Both the position numbers and the translations under genes were made by a program. Below, piece after piece: positions 1 through 10,068 of a stretch of DNA of 44,194 bases. The stretch lies in the IMG/VR virus record IMGVR_UViG_2541047949_000001. The stretch is one strand, 5' to 3'. This DNA comes from a virus. Taxonomy: Duplodnaviria; Heunggongvirae; Uroviricota; Caudoviricetes. The notes beneath the pieces were generated by a model. The model was not told the DNA's origin. It was given only the letters and a program-made list of their open reading frames with translations, and did no database searches. How positions within the stretch are numbered: position 1 is the stretch's first letter; each line of letters begins with the position of its first letter.

Positions 1-1143
1 CTATGCTGTTTTGATATCTACGATAATCCAGTCTTTACCACGATCATCATTGTATCGGTCGGTCATTTTTCTGGATTTATGGCCTAACAACTTTTGCGTA
101 TCCAGACCCTGTTCCCGATATAACCGTTCTGACAGAGATCGCTGCTCATGAAATGTGGGCGCAGTTCCTTGCTCCCATTTTATGCCACATTTTTCCCGGG
201 CCTTTTTAAAAGCCGTTGTCAGAGTATTCGCAGAAACCTGGTCTCCTCTGTTTGCTTGAGAGGTAGTGTGACGGTAATGGACCAGATATTTACTAACAAC
301 AGCATCCCTGCACTGAGATATAACTTCACGAAGGGTAATATTCAGAGCATCGCATTTCAGGTTAAGCGGAATAGCAAGTTTTGAACCGGTTTTTTCCTGA
401 GTAATGTGCAACATGTCGTCCCATATATCAGAGAATTTCAAATTGCAGATATCGCCTAAACGTTGTCCAGTAACAAGAGCAAGTAGCATGCCGCATTTTA
501 AATAGGGCTGCCGTCTGCTTACGCTGTCAAATATTGCCTGCCATTCGGGCAGTGACAATCTTTGGCGGTTTACTCGATTTCGTGGTTGTTTTGTTGCCTG
601 CGCTGGGTTAAATCCTGGCGGAACATGTCCTGCGTGTTGTGCTTCTTTGAAGACGTCGATCAACACCATTCTCACGACTTGCGCCATCCTGTTATGACCT
701 TCAGCCTTTACAGCATCAATTATTTCGGCAATATCAAGTGCGGTAATATCCTTGAGGTGTTGCATTCCACAATGCTCACGGAAAAGACGAATGGGTTTGC
801 CTTTTTGCCGATAGGAGTTGGGTCTTAGTTCATTATGTTGCAGCCTGTCCTCTTGGATAGAAATATATTTATCAAGCCATTCTGTCACCGTAATGTCTGA
901 GCGCCTGCCTTTCATTCTTTCCAGACGCTCATTGACGCTTAATATTTGTCTGGTACGTTGTTCAGCAATAATGGTATTTGCTTCAGTAGCAACTTGTTTT
1001 GCTTCATTCTCATCAGTTCCTAAGCTATGAAAACGACCGGATAGTGGATGTTTGTATTGCCAATATACCTTTCCGGTTCGCTTATCTAATTTGCAATATA
1101 AATTGGGTATAGAGATTTTGTGAGATCGGGGTCTAGCAGCCAT
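1..1143 (-). CDS. int: Phage integrase (tyrosine recombinase, lambda-Int family)
   Basis: 380-aa ORF; C-terminal catalytic region (TFHEQRSLSERLY...LLGHKS...YNDDRG) resembles lambda Int; window starts at its stop codon, so att lies outside the window. Confidence 0.9.
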   Translation of the reverse strand: MAARPRSHKISIPNLYCKLDKRTGKVYWQYKHPLSGRFHSLGTDENEAKQVATEANTIIAEQRTRQILSVNERLERMKGRRSDITVTEWLDKYISIQEDRLQHNELRPNSYRQKGKPIRLFREHCGMQHLKDITALDIAEIIDAVKAEGHNRMAQVVRMVLIDVFKEAQHAGHVPPGFNPAQATKQPRNRVNRQRLSLPEWQAIFDSVSRRQPYLKCGMLLALVTGQRLGDICNLKFSDIWDDMLHITQEKTGSKLAIPLNLKCDALNITLREVISQCRDAVVSKYLVHYRHTTSQANRGDQVSANTLTTAFKKAREKCGIKWEQGTAPTFHEQRSLSERLYREQGLDTQKLLGHKSRKMTDRYNDDRGKDWIIVDIKTA

Positions 1144-1369
1144 CAGCGATTATCCTTTGGAGTTTTGGGTTTGCGTTTATTGGGAGTTGCGGTTCTGCAA
1201 GCGTTCCTACAAAACGGGAATTTCGGTCAATCATCCAGTAGCGACCAACTTTTATAGCGGGTGGGGCCATCATTTTCCCTTGCGCGTATTTTTTCAGAAC
1301 TCGCTCACTTGGTGCTAAGTCCCCAAATTCTTCTTTAGCCCAGTCCTGTAAAGTGATTAGTCGAGACAT
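1133..1369 (-). CDS. xis: Putative excisionase / small DNA-binding protein
   Basis: 78-aa ORF immediately upstream of int and overlapping its start by 11 nt, the typical xis-int arrangement. Confidence 0.55.
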   Translation of the reverse strand: MSRLITLQDWAKEEFGDLAPSERVLKKYAQGKMMAPPAIKVGRYWMIDRNSRFVGTLAEPQLPINANPKLQRIIADGC

Positions 1370-1508
1370 TTGTCCTCCTCTTAGCTGCTGAGGGAGTTTG
1401 TGACCGATATATCTGACATGATATTAAGCTCATGGCAGGTACATCTCTTGACTGGTCATAGAGATAAATTTAATGCTGAGAAATGCAGTATTGAATTTAT
1501 CAATTTTT

Positions 1509-1748
1509 CTATTTCCTGCGCATGTCACGTAACTTCTTAATGTGTTCTGCCGTTTCGATCTCTTCTGCTATCCGATCTGCATCAGCTTTATTCACAGGTT
1601 CAAAGTCATGATTAAAGCGGAACATGCTGGCGATACATGTTCTGCCTTTTCGGATGTAGTGAACTTTGTTGTGGGTAGAACGCAGGATTTTGCAGGGAGT
1701 GCCGTGGTGGTCGACGTACCAGGTGTTAGGGTCAATCACTCTGAACAT
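1509..1748 (-). CDS. Hypothetical early-left protein (79 aa)
   Basis: ORF in the ea/b-like accessory region, overlaps next gene by 17 nt; no family recognised. Confidence 0.4.
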   Translation of the reverse strand: MFRVIDPNTWYVDHHGTPCKILRSTHNKVHYIRKGRTCIASMFRFNHDFEPVNKADADRIAEEIETAEHIKKLRDMRRK

Positions 1749-2061
1749 TCTTGACCTTGTGTTGTGCGGATTGATATTCAGTGCTGATATTCACCTTTAT
1801 AGCGAACACCTTTACCGGTTTATCGCCAAAGTGCGGATGTGTGATTGTCTTCACTTCATATCCGTCATACGGAACATCAATTCTGCGACTGGAATCGTCG
1901 CGCTTCGGATATCCCTTTGTGATAATCAGGCGGTCATATTCCCGGAACATAATTCGCTTATTCCAGTAGTCATTACACAAGCGATACTCTTCCGTTTTCT
2001 CTCCGCGAATCATGGCATCGAAGTATTCACTTTTAACAGCAAGTTGCAGGTTAGCCATCAC
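1732..2061 (-). CDS. ASCH-like (PUA-fold) domain protein
   Basis: 109-aa ORF; N-terminal pattern AVKSEYFDAMIRGEKTEEYR resembles ASCH domain proteins. Confidence 0.45.
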   Translation of the reverse strand: MMANLQLAVKSEYFDAMIRGEKTEEYRLCNDYWNKRIMFREYDRLIITKGYPKRDDSSRRIDVPYDGYEVKTITHPHFGDKPVKVFAIKVNISTEYQSAQHKVKNVQSD

Positions 2062-2279
2062 TTAATCCCCCTTTGTTTGCGGATAAGCTCCAGATCTTGC
2101 TGGCAACTGGCGCAAGTCCGACAACCCTGAACGGCCAGGCGTCTTCGTTCATCTATCGGATCGCCACACTCACAACAATGAGTGGCAGATACAGCCAGGT
2201 AGTTCAGGCGGCGCATTTTTATTGCTGTGTTGCGCTGTAATTCTTCTATTTCTGATGCTGAATCAATGATGTCTGCCAT
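2058..2279 (-). CDS. TraR/DksA-family C4 zinc-finger protein
   Basis: 73-aa ORF with CxxC...CxxC motif (CCECGDPIDERRRLAVQGCRTCASCQ) typical of phage TraR-like proteins. Confidence 0.7.
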   Translation of the reverse strand: MADIIDSASEIEELQRNTAIKMRRLNYLAVSATHCCECGDPIDERRRLAVQGCRTCASCQQDLELIRKQRGIK

Positions 2280-2334
2280 CTTTCATTAATCCCTGAACTG
2301 TTGGTTAATACGCTTGAGGGTGAATGCGAACAAT

Positions 2335-2356
2335 AAAAAAGGAGCCTGTAGCTCCC
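2335..2356 (-). terminator. Rho-independent terminator candidate in early-left operon
   Basis: Minus-strand hairpin GGAGCtacagGCTCC followed by TTTTTT (plus-strand A-run 2335..2340). Confidence 0.5.
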
Positions 2357-2665
2357 TGATAATTTTGCTTTTCATGTTCATCGTTCCTTAAAGACGCCGT
2401 TTAACATGCCGATTGCCAGGCTTAAATGAGTCGGTGTGAATCCCTTCAGCGTTACCGTTTCGCGGTGCTTCTTCAGTACGCTACGGCAAATGTCATTGAC
2501 GTTTTTGGAAACTGCTGTCTGACTTTTTTGATTTCAGAATTAGCCTGACGGGCAATGCTGCGAAGGGCGTTTTCTTGCTGAGGTGTCACTGAACAAGCCC
2601 CATGTCGGCAAGCATAAGCACACAGAATATGAAGCCCGCTGCCAGAAAAATGCATTCAGTGGTTG

Positions 2666-2857
2666 TCATACCTGGTCTCTCTCATCTGCTTCTGCTTTCG
2701 CCACCATCATTTCCAGCTTTTGTGAAAGGGATGTGGCTAACGTATGAAATTCTTCGTCTGTTTCTGCTGGTATTGGCACAAACCTGACTCCAATTTGAGC
2801 AAGGCTATGTGCCAAATCAATACTCGTTCTTAACTCAACAGGAGATGCTTTGTGCAT
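2666..2857 (-). CDS. Lambda orf63-like hypothetical protein
   Basis: 63-aa ORF at the position of lambda orf63 upstream of exo; sequence recalled as lambda-like. Confidence 0.5.
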   Translation of the reverse strand: MHKASPVELRTSIDLAHSLAQIGVRFVPIPAETDEEFHTLATSLSQKLEMMVAKAEADERDQV

Positions 2858-3018
2858 ACCGCCCCCCGTTTATTATTTATCTCCTCAGCCAGCCGCTGGG
2901 CTTTCAGCGGATTTCGGATAACAGAAAGACCGTGAAATACCCAGCCTCGCTTTGTAACGGAGTAGACGAAAGTGATCGCGCCTACCCGGATATTATCGTG
3001 AGGATGGGTCATCGCCAT
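2830..3018 (-). CDS. Lambda orf60a-like hypothetical protein
   Basis: 62-aa ORF ([20 protein letters not shown]...) directly upstream of and overlapping exo. Confidence 0.5.
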   Translation of the reverse strand: MAMTHPHDNIRVGAITFVYSVTKRGWVFHGLSVIRNPLKAQRLAEEINNKRGAVCTKHLLLS

Positions 3019-3689
3019 TGCTCTCCAAATACAAAACCAATTTCAGCCAGTGCTTCGTCCATTTTTTCGATGAACTCCGGCACCATCTCGTCAAAACTCG
3101 CCATGTACTTTTCATCCCGCTCAACCACGACATAATGCAGGCCTTCACGCTTCATTCGTGGGTCATAGTTGGCAAAGTACCAGGCATCTTTTCGTGTCAC
3201 CCACATGCTGTACTGCACCTGGGCCATGTAAGCCGACTTTATGGCCTCGAAACCACCGAGCCGGAACTTCATGAAATCCCGGGAGGTAAACGGGCATTTC
3301 AGCTCAAGGCCATTGCCGTCACTGCATAAACCATCGGGAGAGCAGGCGGTGCGCATACTTTCGTCGCGATAGATGATCGGGGATTCAGTAACATTCACGC
3401 CGGAAGTGAATTCAAACAGGGTTCTGGCGTCGTTCTCGTACTGTTTTCCCCACGCCAGCGCCTTAGCATTAACTTCCGGAGCCACACCGGTGCAAACCTC
3501 AGCCAGCAGGGTGTGGAAGTAGGACATTTTCATGTCAGGCCACTTCTTTCCTGAGCGGGGCTTTGCTATCACGTTGTGAACTTCTGAAGCGGTGATGACG
3601 CCGAGCCGTAATTTGTGCCATGCATCATCCCCCTGTTCGACAGCTCTCACGTCGATCCCGGTACGCTGCAGGATAATGTCCGGTGTCAT
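3009..3689 (-). CDS. exo: Lambda exonuclease (Red alpha)
   Basis: 226-aa ORF matching my recollection of lambda Exo ([40 protein letters not shown]...). Confidence 0.95.
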   Translation of the reverse strand: MTPDIILQRTGIDVRAVEQGDDAWHKLRLGVITASEVHNVIAKPRSGKKWPDMKMSYFHTLLAEVCTGVAPEVNAKALAWGKQYENDARTLFEFTSGVNVTESPIIYRDESMRTACSPDGLCSDGNGLELKCPFTSRDFMKFRLGGFEAIKSAYMAQVQYSMWVTRKDAWYFANYDPRMKREGLHYVVVERDEKYMASFDEMVPEFIEKMDEALAEIGFVFGEQWR

Positions 3690-4471
3690 GCTGCCACCTT
3701 CTGCTCAGTGGCTTTCTGTTTCAGGAATCCAAGAGCTTTCACTGCTTCGGCCTGTGTCAGTTCTGACGATGCGCGAATGTCGCGGCGAAATATCTGGGAA
3801 CAGAGCGGCAATAAGTCGTCATCCCATGTTTTGTCCAGGGCAATCAGCAGAGTGTTAATCTCCTGCATGGTTTCATCGTTAACCGGAGTGATGTCGCGTT
3901 CCGGCTGACGTTCTGCAGTGTATGCGGTATTTTCGACAATGCGCTCGGCTTCATCCTTGTCATAGATACCAGCAAATCCGAAGGCCAGACGGGCACACTG
4001 AATCATGGCTTTATGCCGTAACATCCGTTTGGGATGCGACTGCCACGGCCCCGTGATTTCTCTGCCTTCGCGGGTTTTGAATGGTTCGCGGCGGCATTCA
4101 TCCATCCACTCGGTAACGCAGATCGGATGATTGCGGTCTTTGCGGTAAATCCGGCATGTACATGATTCATTGTCCTGCTCAAAGTCCATACCATCAAACT
4201 GCTGGTTTTCATTGATGATGCGGGACCAGCCATCAACGCCCACCACCGGAACAATGCCGTTCTGCTTATCAGGGAAGGCGTAAATTTCTTTCGTCCACGG
4301 ATTAAGGCCGTACTGGTTGGCGACGATCAACAATGCGATGAACTGCGCATCGCTGGCATCACCTTTAAATGCCGTCTGGCGAAGAGTGGTGATCAGTTCC
4401 TGTGGGTCGACAGAATCCATGCCGACACGTTCAGCCAGCTTCCCTGCCAGCGTTGCGAGTGCTGTACTCAT
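3686..4471 (-). CDS. bet: Recombination protein Bet (Red beta)
   Basis: 261-aa ORF matching lambda Bet; 4-nt overlap with exo. Confidence 0.95.
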   Translation of the reverse strand: MSTALATLAGKLAERVGMDSVDPQELITTLRQTAFKGDASDAQFIALLIVANQYGLNPWTKEIYAFPDKQNGIVPVVGVDGWSRIINENQQFDGMDFEQDNESCTCRIYRKDRNHPICVTEWMDECRREPFKTREGREITGPWQSHPKRMLRHKAMIQCARLAFGFAGIYDKDEAERIVENTAYTAERQPERDITPVNDETMQEINTLLIALDKTWDDDLLPLCSQIFRRDIRASSELTQAEAVKALGFLKQKATEQKVAA

Positions 4472-4476
4472 CCGTT

Positions 4477-4773
4477 TTATACCTCTGAATCAATATCAGC
4501 CTGATGGTGAGCAATGGTTTCAACTATGTACCGGATGTGTTCTGCCATGCGCTCCTGAAACTCAACATCGTCATCAAACGCACGGGTAATGGCTTTTTTG
4601 CTGGCCCCGTGGCGTTGTAAATGATCGATGCATAGCGATTCAAACAGGTGCTGGGGCAGGCCTTTTTCCATGTCGTCTGCCAGTTCTGCCTCTTTCTCTT
4701 CACGGGCGATCTGCTGGTAGTGACGCGCCCAGCTCTGAGCCTCAAGACGATCCTGAATGTAATAAGCGTTCAT
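4477..4773 (-). CDS. gam: Host-nuclease inhibitor Gam (short form, GamS)
   Basis: 98-aa [24 protein letters not shown]... matches lambda GamS. Confidence 0.9.
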   Translation of the reverse strand: MNAYYIQDRLEAQSWARHYQQIAREEKEAELADDMEKGLPQHLFESLCIDHLQRHGASKKAITRAFDDDVEFQERMAEHIRYIVETIAHHQADIDSEV

Positions 4774-4848
4774 GGCTGAACTCCTGAAAATGGCTGTGAA
4801 AATATCGCCCGCGAAATGCCAGGCTGATTAGGAAAACAGGAAAGGGGG

Positions 4849-4992
4849 TTAGTGAATGCTTTTGCTTGATCTCAGTTTCAGTATTAATATCCATTTTTTA
4901 TAAGCGTCGACGGCCTCACGAAACATCTTTTCATCGCCAATAAAAGTGGCGATAGTGAATTTAGTCTGGATAGCCATAATTGTTTGATCCAT
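4849..4992 (-). CDS. kil: Kil (host cell-division inhibitor)
   Basis: Internal ATG of the 89-aa ORF gives a 47-aa product [47 protein letters not shown], lambda Kil-like. Confidence 0.7.
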   Translation of the reverse strand: MDQTIMAIQTKFTIATFIGDEKMFREAVDAYKKWILILKLRSSKSIH

Positions 4993-5125
4993 TTTTTGGG
5001 ACTCCTGGCTGATTAAGTATGTCGATAAGGCGTTTCCATCCGTCACGTAATTTACGGGTGATTCGTTCAAGTAAAGATTCGGAAGGGCAGCCAGCAACAG
5101 GCCACCCTGCAATGGCATATTGCAT
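4961..5125 (-). CDS. cIII: CIII (FtsH inhibitor, stabilises CII)
   Basis: Manual translation gives 54 aa [54 protein letters not shown], lambda CIII-like; absent from ORF track because under 60 aa. Confidence 0.75.
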   Translation of the reverse strand: MQYAIAGWPVAGCPSESLLERITRKLRDGWKRLIDILNQPGVPKNGSNNYGYPD

Positions 5126-5197
5126 GGTGTGCTCCTTATTTATACATAACGAAAAACGCCTCGAGTGAAGCGTAATTGGTATGCGGTAACGCCGCGC

Positions 5198-5491
5198 TCA
5201 GGCGGCCTTGATAGTCATATCATCTGAATCAAATATTCCTGATGTATCGATATCGGTAATTCTTATTCCTTCACTACCATCCATTGGAGGCCATCCTTCC
5301 TGACCATTTCCATCATTCCAGTCGAACTCACACACAACACCATATGCATTTAAGTCGCTTGAAATTGCTATAAGCAGAGCATGTTGCGCCAGCATGATTA
5401 ATACAGCATTTAATACAGAGCCGTGTTTATTGAGTCGGTATTCAGAGTCTGACCAGAAATTATTAATCTGGTGAAGTTTTTCCTCTGTCAT
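5198..5491 (-). pseudogene. ea10: ea10, C-terminal 97 codons, separated from its 5' part by the IS insertion
   Basis: ORF begins at an ATG that is the target-site-duplication triplet (CAT on plus strand) abutting the IS left end; no Shine-Dalgarno upstream. Confidence 0.6.
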
Positions 5492-5527
5492 TGAAGTGGT
5501 TTACTGAATTTGGCCACCTGAACAGAG

Positions 5528-6711
<1,184 letters not shown>

Positions 6712-6741
6712 CTCGGTGGCCAGTTTTTGTTGACCACTTCA

Positions 6742-6819
6742 CATTACGTCATGGTCAATTTCAATTTCTATTGATGCTTTCCAGTCGTAATCAATGATGT
6801 ATTTTTTGATGTTTGACAT
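6742..6819 (-). pseudogene. ea10: ea10, N-terminal 26 codons, separated from its 3' part by the IS insertion
   Basis: Reverse strand reads SD(GAGGA)-ATG TCA AAC...GTA ATG then runs into the IS end (TGA); joining with 5198..5491 across the duplicated ATG reconstructs a 122-aa ORF. Confidence 0.6.
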
Positions 6820-6836
6820 CTATTCATATCCTCATA

Positions 6837-6864
6837 GATAAAAAATCGCCCTCACACTGGAGGG
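6837..6864 (-). terminator. Rho-independent terminator candidate
   Basis: Minus-strand hairpin GCCCTC-cagtgt-GAGGGC followed by a T-run (plus-strand ATAAAAAAT). Confidence 0.5.
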
Positions 6865-7001
6865 CAAAGAAGATTTCCAATAATCAGAACAAGTCGGCTC
6901 CTGTTTAGTTACGAGCGACATTGCTCCGTGTATTCACTCGTTGGAATGAATACACAGTGCAGTGTTTATTCTGTTATTTATGCCAAAAATAAAGGCCACT
7001 A

Positions 7002-7202
7002 TCAGGCAGCTTTGTTGTTCTGTTTACCAAGTTCTCTGGCAATCATTGCCGTCGTTCGTATTGCCCATTTATCGACATATTTCCCATCTTCCATTACAGG
7101 AAACATTTCTTCAGGCTTAACCATGCATTCCGATTGCAGCTTGCATCCATTGCATCGTTTGAATTGTCCACACCATTGATTTGTATCAATAGTCGTAGTC
7201 AT
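7002..7202 (-). CDS. ral: Ral (restriction alleviation)
   Basis: 66-aa ORF MTTTIDTNQWCGQFKRCNGCKLQSECMVKPEEMFPVMEDGKYVDKWAIRTTAMIARELGKQNNKAA, lambda Ral-like. Confidence 0.8.
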   Translation of the reverse strand: MTTTIDTNQWCGQFKRCNGCKLQSECMVKPEEMFPVMEDGKYVDKWAIRTTAMIARELGKQNNKAA

Positions 7203-7272
7203 ACGGATAGTCCTGGTATTGTTCCATCACATCTTGAGGATGCTCTTCGAACTCTTCAAATTCTTCTTCCAT
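7186..7272 (-). CDS. Lambda orf28-like acidic peptide
   Basis: Manual translation: MEEEFEEFEEHPQDVMEQYQDYPYDYDY (28 aa), overlapping ral start. Confidence 0.45.
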   Translation of the reverse strand: MEEEFEEFEEHPQDVMEQYQDYPYDYDY

Positions 7273-7415
7273 ATATCACCTTAAATAGTGGATTGCGGTA
7301 GTAAAGATTGTGCCTGTCTTTTAACCACATCAGGCTCGGTGGTTCTCGTGTACCCCTACAACGAGAAATCGGATAAACTCTATTCACCCCTACAGAGAGC
7401 AAAAGAGAAACGCCG

Positions 7416-7997
7416 ATGAACAACTCATGGTGGCAGGAACTAATGCATTTTTTCCTGCAAGGAATGACACTTAAACAGTTGATTCATATGCTAATCATCC
7501 TGATCATATTGATTATTGTTATGCCGGTAAGCGTAAAAGAATGGATAAACCTGCATAATCCAGAAATCCTTCCTCATTACTGGATGTATTACATCCTGTT
7601 GTTTTGCGTTAGCTATGTGCTTAACGGCGTTGTTAATTCCGCTTATCACGCTGTGACTGAAAGAATTGAGGTATTCGCTGCTCAGAAGCGCAAATCTAAA
7701 GAAGAAAAATATGTGCAAGATTTGTTTGATTCGTTAACTCTTGGAGAAAGAGCGTATTTGGCATTCGCTGTAGCCGCTAATAACCAGCTACAAACGGAAA
7801 AGGGCGCTCATGAATCAATTTCATTGCTCAAAAAAGGACTCCTCGTTCGAAGGCCTCCTGCTGTTGGATATCCTGATACCGACCGTTTCGTTATCCCTGA
7901 AAGCTATAGACATGAGTGCTACATTAGGTTTGCCGGGAAGGCAGACAGCCTTATGGATGAACTTATCGCTCAGGATAAGCATGGCAAAAACAAGTAA
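7416..7997 (+). CDS. sieB: Superinfection exclusion protein B
   Basis: 193-aa ORF with hydrophobic N-terminal segment, lambda SieB-like, transcribed opposite to the early-left operon. Confidence 0.85.
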   Translation: MNNSWWQELMHFFLQGMTLKQLIHMLIILIILIIVMPVSVKEWINLHNPEILPHYWMYYILLFCVSYVLNGVVNSAYHAVTERIEVFAAQKRKSKEEKYVQDLFDSLTLGERAYLAFAVAANNQLQTEKGAHESISLLKKGLLVRRPPAVGYPDTDRFVIPESYRHECYIRFAGKADSLMDELIAQDKHGKNK

Positions 7998-8013
7998 TTA
8001 GCAAATGAATTTA

Positions 8014-8286
8014 TCATCTCGCCGTCAGTTGTTTTGATTTCCGGTAGCCTGCCGCGTAAAGAGCTACGTTCGGAAGACAAGTTGAACCTTCATATTTTCT
8101 GGTCAACGTTGTCAGAGTTATCACTTCTGCTCTCATTGCTGGTTTGAGCTTGCATTGCAAGACCACTCGTGAAGGGGTTGGCCTGTGTAGCTTGTCGGAG
8201 CTGATCGCCTCCTGACTTTGCAGATTTGCGCGACGAGCTCTACGGCGAGAAGCTGCGGTGCCTTTAAATTCTGTTTTTCTGGACAT
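8014..8286 (-). CDS. N: Antitermination protein N (P22/21-type arginine-rich motif)
   Basis: Start chosen at ATG with GGGAGG 5 nt upstream; N-terminal ARM GTAASRRRARRA; C-terminus ...LPNVALYAAGYRKSKQLTAR resembles P22 gp24. Confidence 0.7.
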   Translation of the reverse strand: MSRKTEFKGTAASRRRARRANLQSQEAISSDKLHRPTPSRVVLQCKLKPAMRAEVITLTTLTRKYEGSTCLPNVALYAAGYRKSKQLTAR

Positions 8287-8384
8287 GGATTCCTCCCGAA
8301 TAAACTTTGGCGATGCAATCTCGAAGCTCCTCCTGAGACGGTTGCTTCGGCATTGCATCCCACAGCTTATGTGGTTGGGTGATC

Positions 8385-8430
8385 TGGCTTTTCAGCCACG
8401 TAGTCGAGAGTCGACGTTGTTTAAAGAGCC
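8385..8430 (-). promoter_or_regulatory. nutL (boxA GGCTCTTTA, 23-nt spacer, boxB UGGCUGAAAAGCCA)
   Basis: Minus-strand boxA-like nonamer and 5-bp-stem GAAA-loop hairpin upstream of N; same architecture as the nutR candidate. Confidence 0.5.
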
Positions 8431-8439
8431 TGCCAGTCT

Positions 8440-8520
8440 GTTCCATTTGGCTTCCAGCGTCCTGCTGACGGTTAAATAGTACGATATGTACTTTACAAGA
8501 TTAATACAATTTGTTGTAAG
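8440..8520 (-). promoter_or_regulatory. pL / OL region
   Basis: AT-rich region upstream of nutL with near-palindrome AGTACgatatGTACT (8478..8492) resembling GTAC-arm repeats in the cI-cro intergenic region. Confidence 0.4.
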
Positions 8521-8700
8521 TTGGCGTGGTTTTTTATAACGCTTTGTATTTAATAGTGTTGTTTTTTAGCGTGGATGTATTGCCTCGGCGATGTAAGGAG
8601 AGATCAGAATTGCGTGGTTTAGTGGGTTGCATCTATTTATTTTTCAATAAATATAATTGGTTATGTGTTTTTAGGTGGGCGAACGTGAGGCAAAGAAAAC

Positions 8701-8718
8701 CCGGCGCTGAGGCCGGGT
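8701..8718 (-). terminator. Rho-independent terminator ending the cI operon
   Basis: Minus-strand hairpin CCCGGCctcagcGCCGGG followed by TTTTCTTTG, immediately downstream of the 250-aa ORF. Confidence 0.6.
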
Positions 8719-8722
8719 TGTA

Positions 8723-9475
8723 TTATGCTGCAAGTCTCTTAACCCAAGTCTCTCTTTTGGAGAATGGTAGAACTTGGCTTGATTCATGGAAGAGTAAGGA
8801 GAGTTGTTGCATTTGATCACCAATTGCTTCGCTGTCTATAACAACAAATCTGTTGTTATACTCCTCACTTGAAGCTTTAAGATCAATTAGTTTCCCAAGC
8901 AATGAGTAAGCACTATTCCAGCTTCCTCCGTGTTTCACGCTTGATGTAAAAACGTATTTAGGTATGTCGGTTTTTATTGTTACAGGGACGGTAATTTGAT
9001 GTCCACTCAAGCCATATACGTTTTCACGAAGAGAAAGTGCGTCTCTAAGCTCTGTGTGATATAGATAATCAATAACCATACTTTCAAACTTTTCAGCTTG
9101 AACTGGCTGATACCAGTCTAACGACAAAGTTGATGCGAGTATACCAGCTCTAATTATGTTCGATGTAATCGCACCGACATCCTTTTCTGTTGCCCAAGCA
9201 ATGATTTCTCCTCGAGCATTGAGTTCTGCGCCTTCTTTAAGCAGTAATTGTCGTATCTCATCAAGTCGTTTTTTGGTAAGCGAGATCCCTCTTGCCTCCA
9301 TATTCATTAAGGCATCGCATCTGTCACTAACTAAATACCTACCATTGACTTCACGGATAAAGGCACCGACATGCTCTCCATCATCACAGTAAGTGAATGG
9401 ACTGATAATTCTCAAGGTCTTGCCTATTGGATGGCATTCGAAACCTAGTTGTGAGATCACTGTTGAGCACATCAT
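8723..9475 (-). CDS. Uncharacterised protein (250 aa), second gene of immunity-region accessory operon
   Basis: ORF with start overlapping upstream gene stop (ATGA); AT-rich relative to neighbours; no recognised catalytic motif. Confidence 0.6.
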   Translation of the reverse strand: MMCSTVISQLGFECHPIGKTLRIISPFTYCDDGEHVGAFIREVNGRYLVSDRCDALMNMEARGISLTKKRLDEIRQLLLKEGAELNARGEIIAWATEKDVGAITSNIIRAGILASTLSLDWYQPVQAEKFESMVIDYLYHTELRDALSLRENVYGLSGHQITVPVTIKTDIPKYVFTSSVKHGGSWNSAYSLLGKLIDLKASSEEYNNRFVVIDSEAIGDQMQQLSLLFHESSQVLPFSKRETWVKRLAA

Positions 9476-10029
9476 ATTCCAAACCCCATTTGCCCCGACT
9501 CATCTTCAAGCGGTAAAGGTATTCTCCCAGAGTAAGTTATGTTCAGATGTTTACAGAAGTAATTCCAATACCCTACCAGGTCATCTGGGTTTATGTCATC
9601 TTCGATTGGAAACGCTATTCTATCACTATAGTATCCAGCTTCTTCATAGTATACATGGTAGTGAGCACCGTAAATGATATCTTGGTACTTCGGATGATCG
9701 ACCTTGTAACTATTCGTGTGTTTGTCAAAGTGATAGGTATCTACCGCGAAAACCCTCTTGTTATGATAGAAAGCAATAATATTTATTTTAGGGTAAGAAA
9801 TCGGGTCATCAGGTTCTGAATCCTGATCTGGTTTCCATTTCAGTTCAAACTTTAGCCCTTGTATAGGTATACAATCCTCATCCAAGGGGATGATATGGGC
9901 TTGTAGCCACATATCAGAGCGACTTGGTTTCTGTTTCCATTTAACGCCAGAAAAGTTAACTATTTTTTTACAATAAAGTACTTTATCAACTTCTACTTGG
10001 CTTGGCTGATAATCATCTATTTTTGCCAA
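9472..10029 (-). CDS. Uncharacterised Tyr/His/Asp-rich protein (185 aa), first gene of immunity-region accessory operon
   Basis: ORF 39 bp downstream of cI stop on same strand; no transmembrane segment or known motif recognised. Confidence 0.6.
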   Translation of the reverse strand: MAKIDDYQPSQVEVDKVLYCKKIVNFSGVKWKQKPSRSDMWLQAHIIPLDEDCIPIQGLKFELKWKPDQDSEPDDPISYPKINIIAFYHNKRVFAVDTYHFDKHTNSYKVDHPKYQDIIYGAHYHVYYEEAGYYSDRIAFPIEDDINPDDLVGYWNYFCKHLNITYSGRIPLPLEDESGQMGFGI

Positions 10030-10068
10030 TGTTTACCGCCCTGTAAATTGTAGATAAAAGTGGTTTCA

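Noticed and set aside
2286-2381. 31-codon minus-strand ORF (MNMKSKIIRELQAPFLLFAFTLKRINQQFRD) with AAGGA upstream
   Set aside because: It spans a strong hairpin plus T-run that is better read as a rho-independent terminator of the early-left operon; too short and unsupported to call as a gene.
2473-2655. 60-aa minus-strand ORF between the TraR-like gene and the orf63-like gene
   Set aside because: No recognisable homology or ribosome-binding site; may be a real lambda orf61-like gene but the evidence is too weak to list as a feature.
8526-8816. 96-aa plus-strand ORF in the region between N and the cI operon
   Set aside because: Overlaps the pL region and the operon terminator, is AT-rich and low-complexity, and runs antisense into the 250-aa gene; likely spurious.
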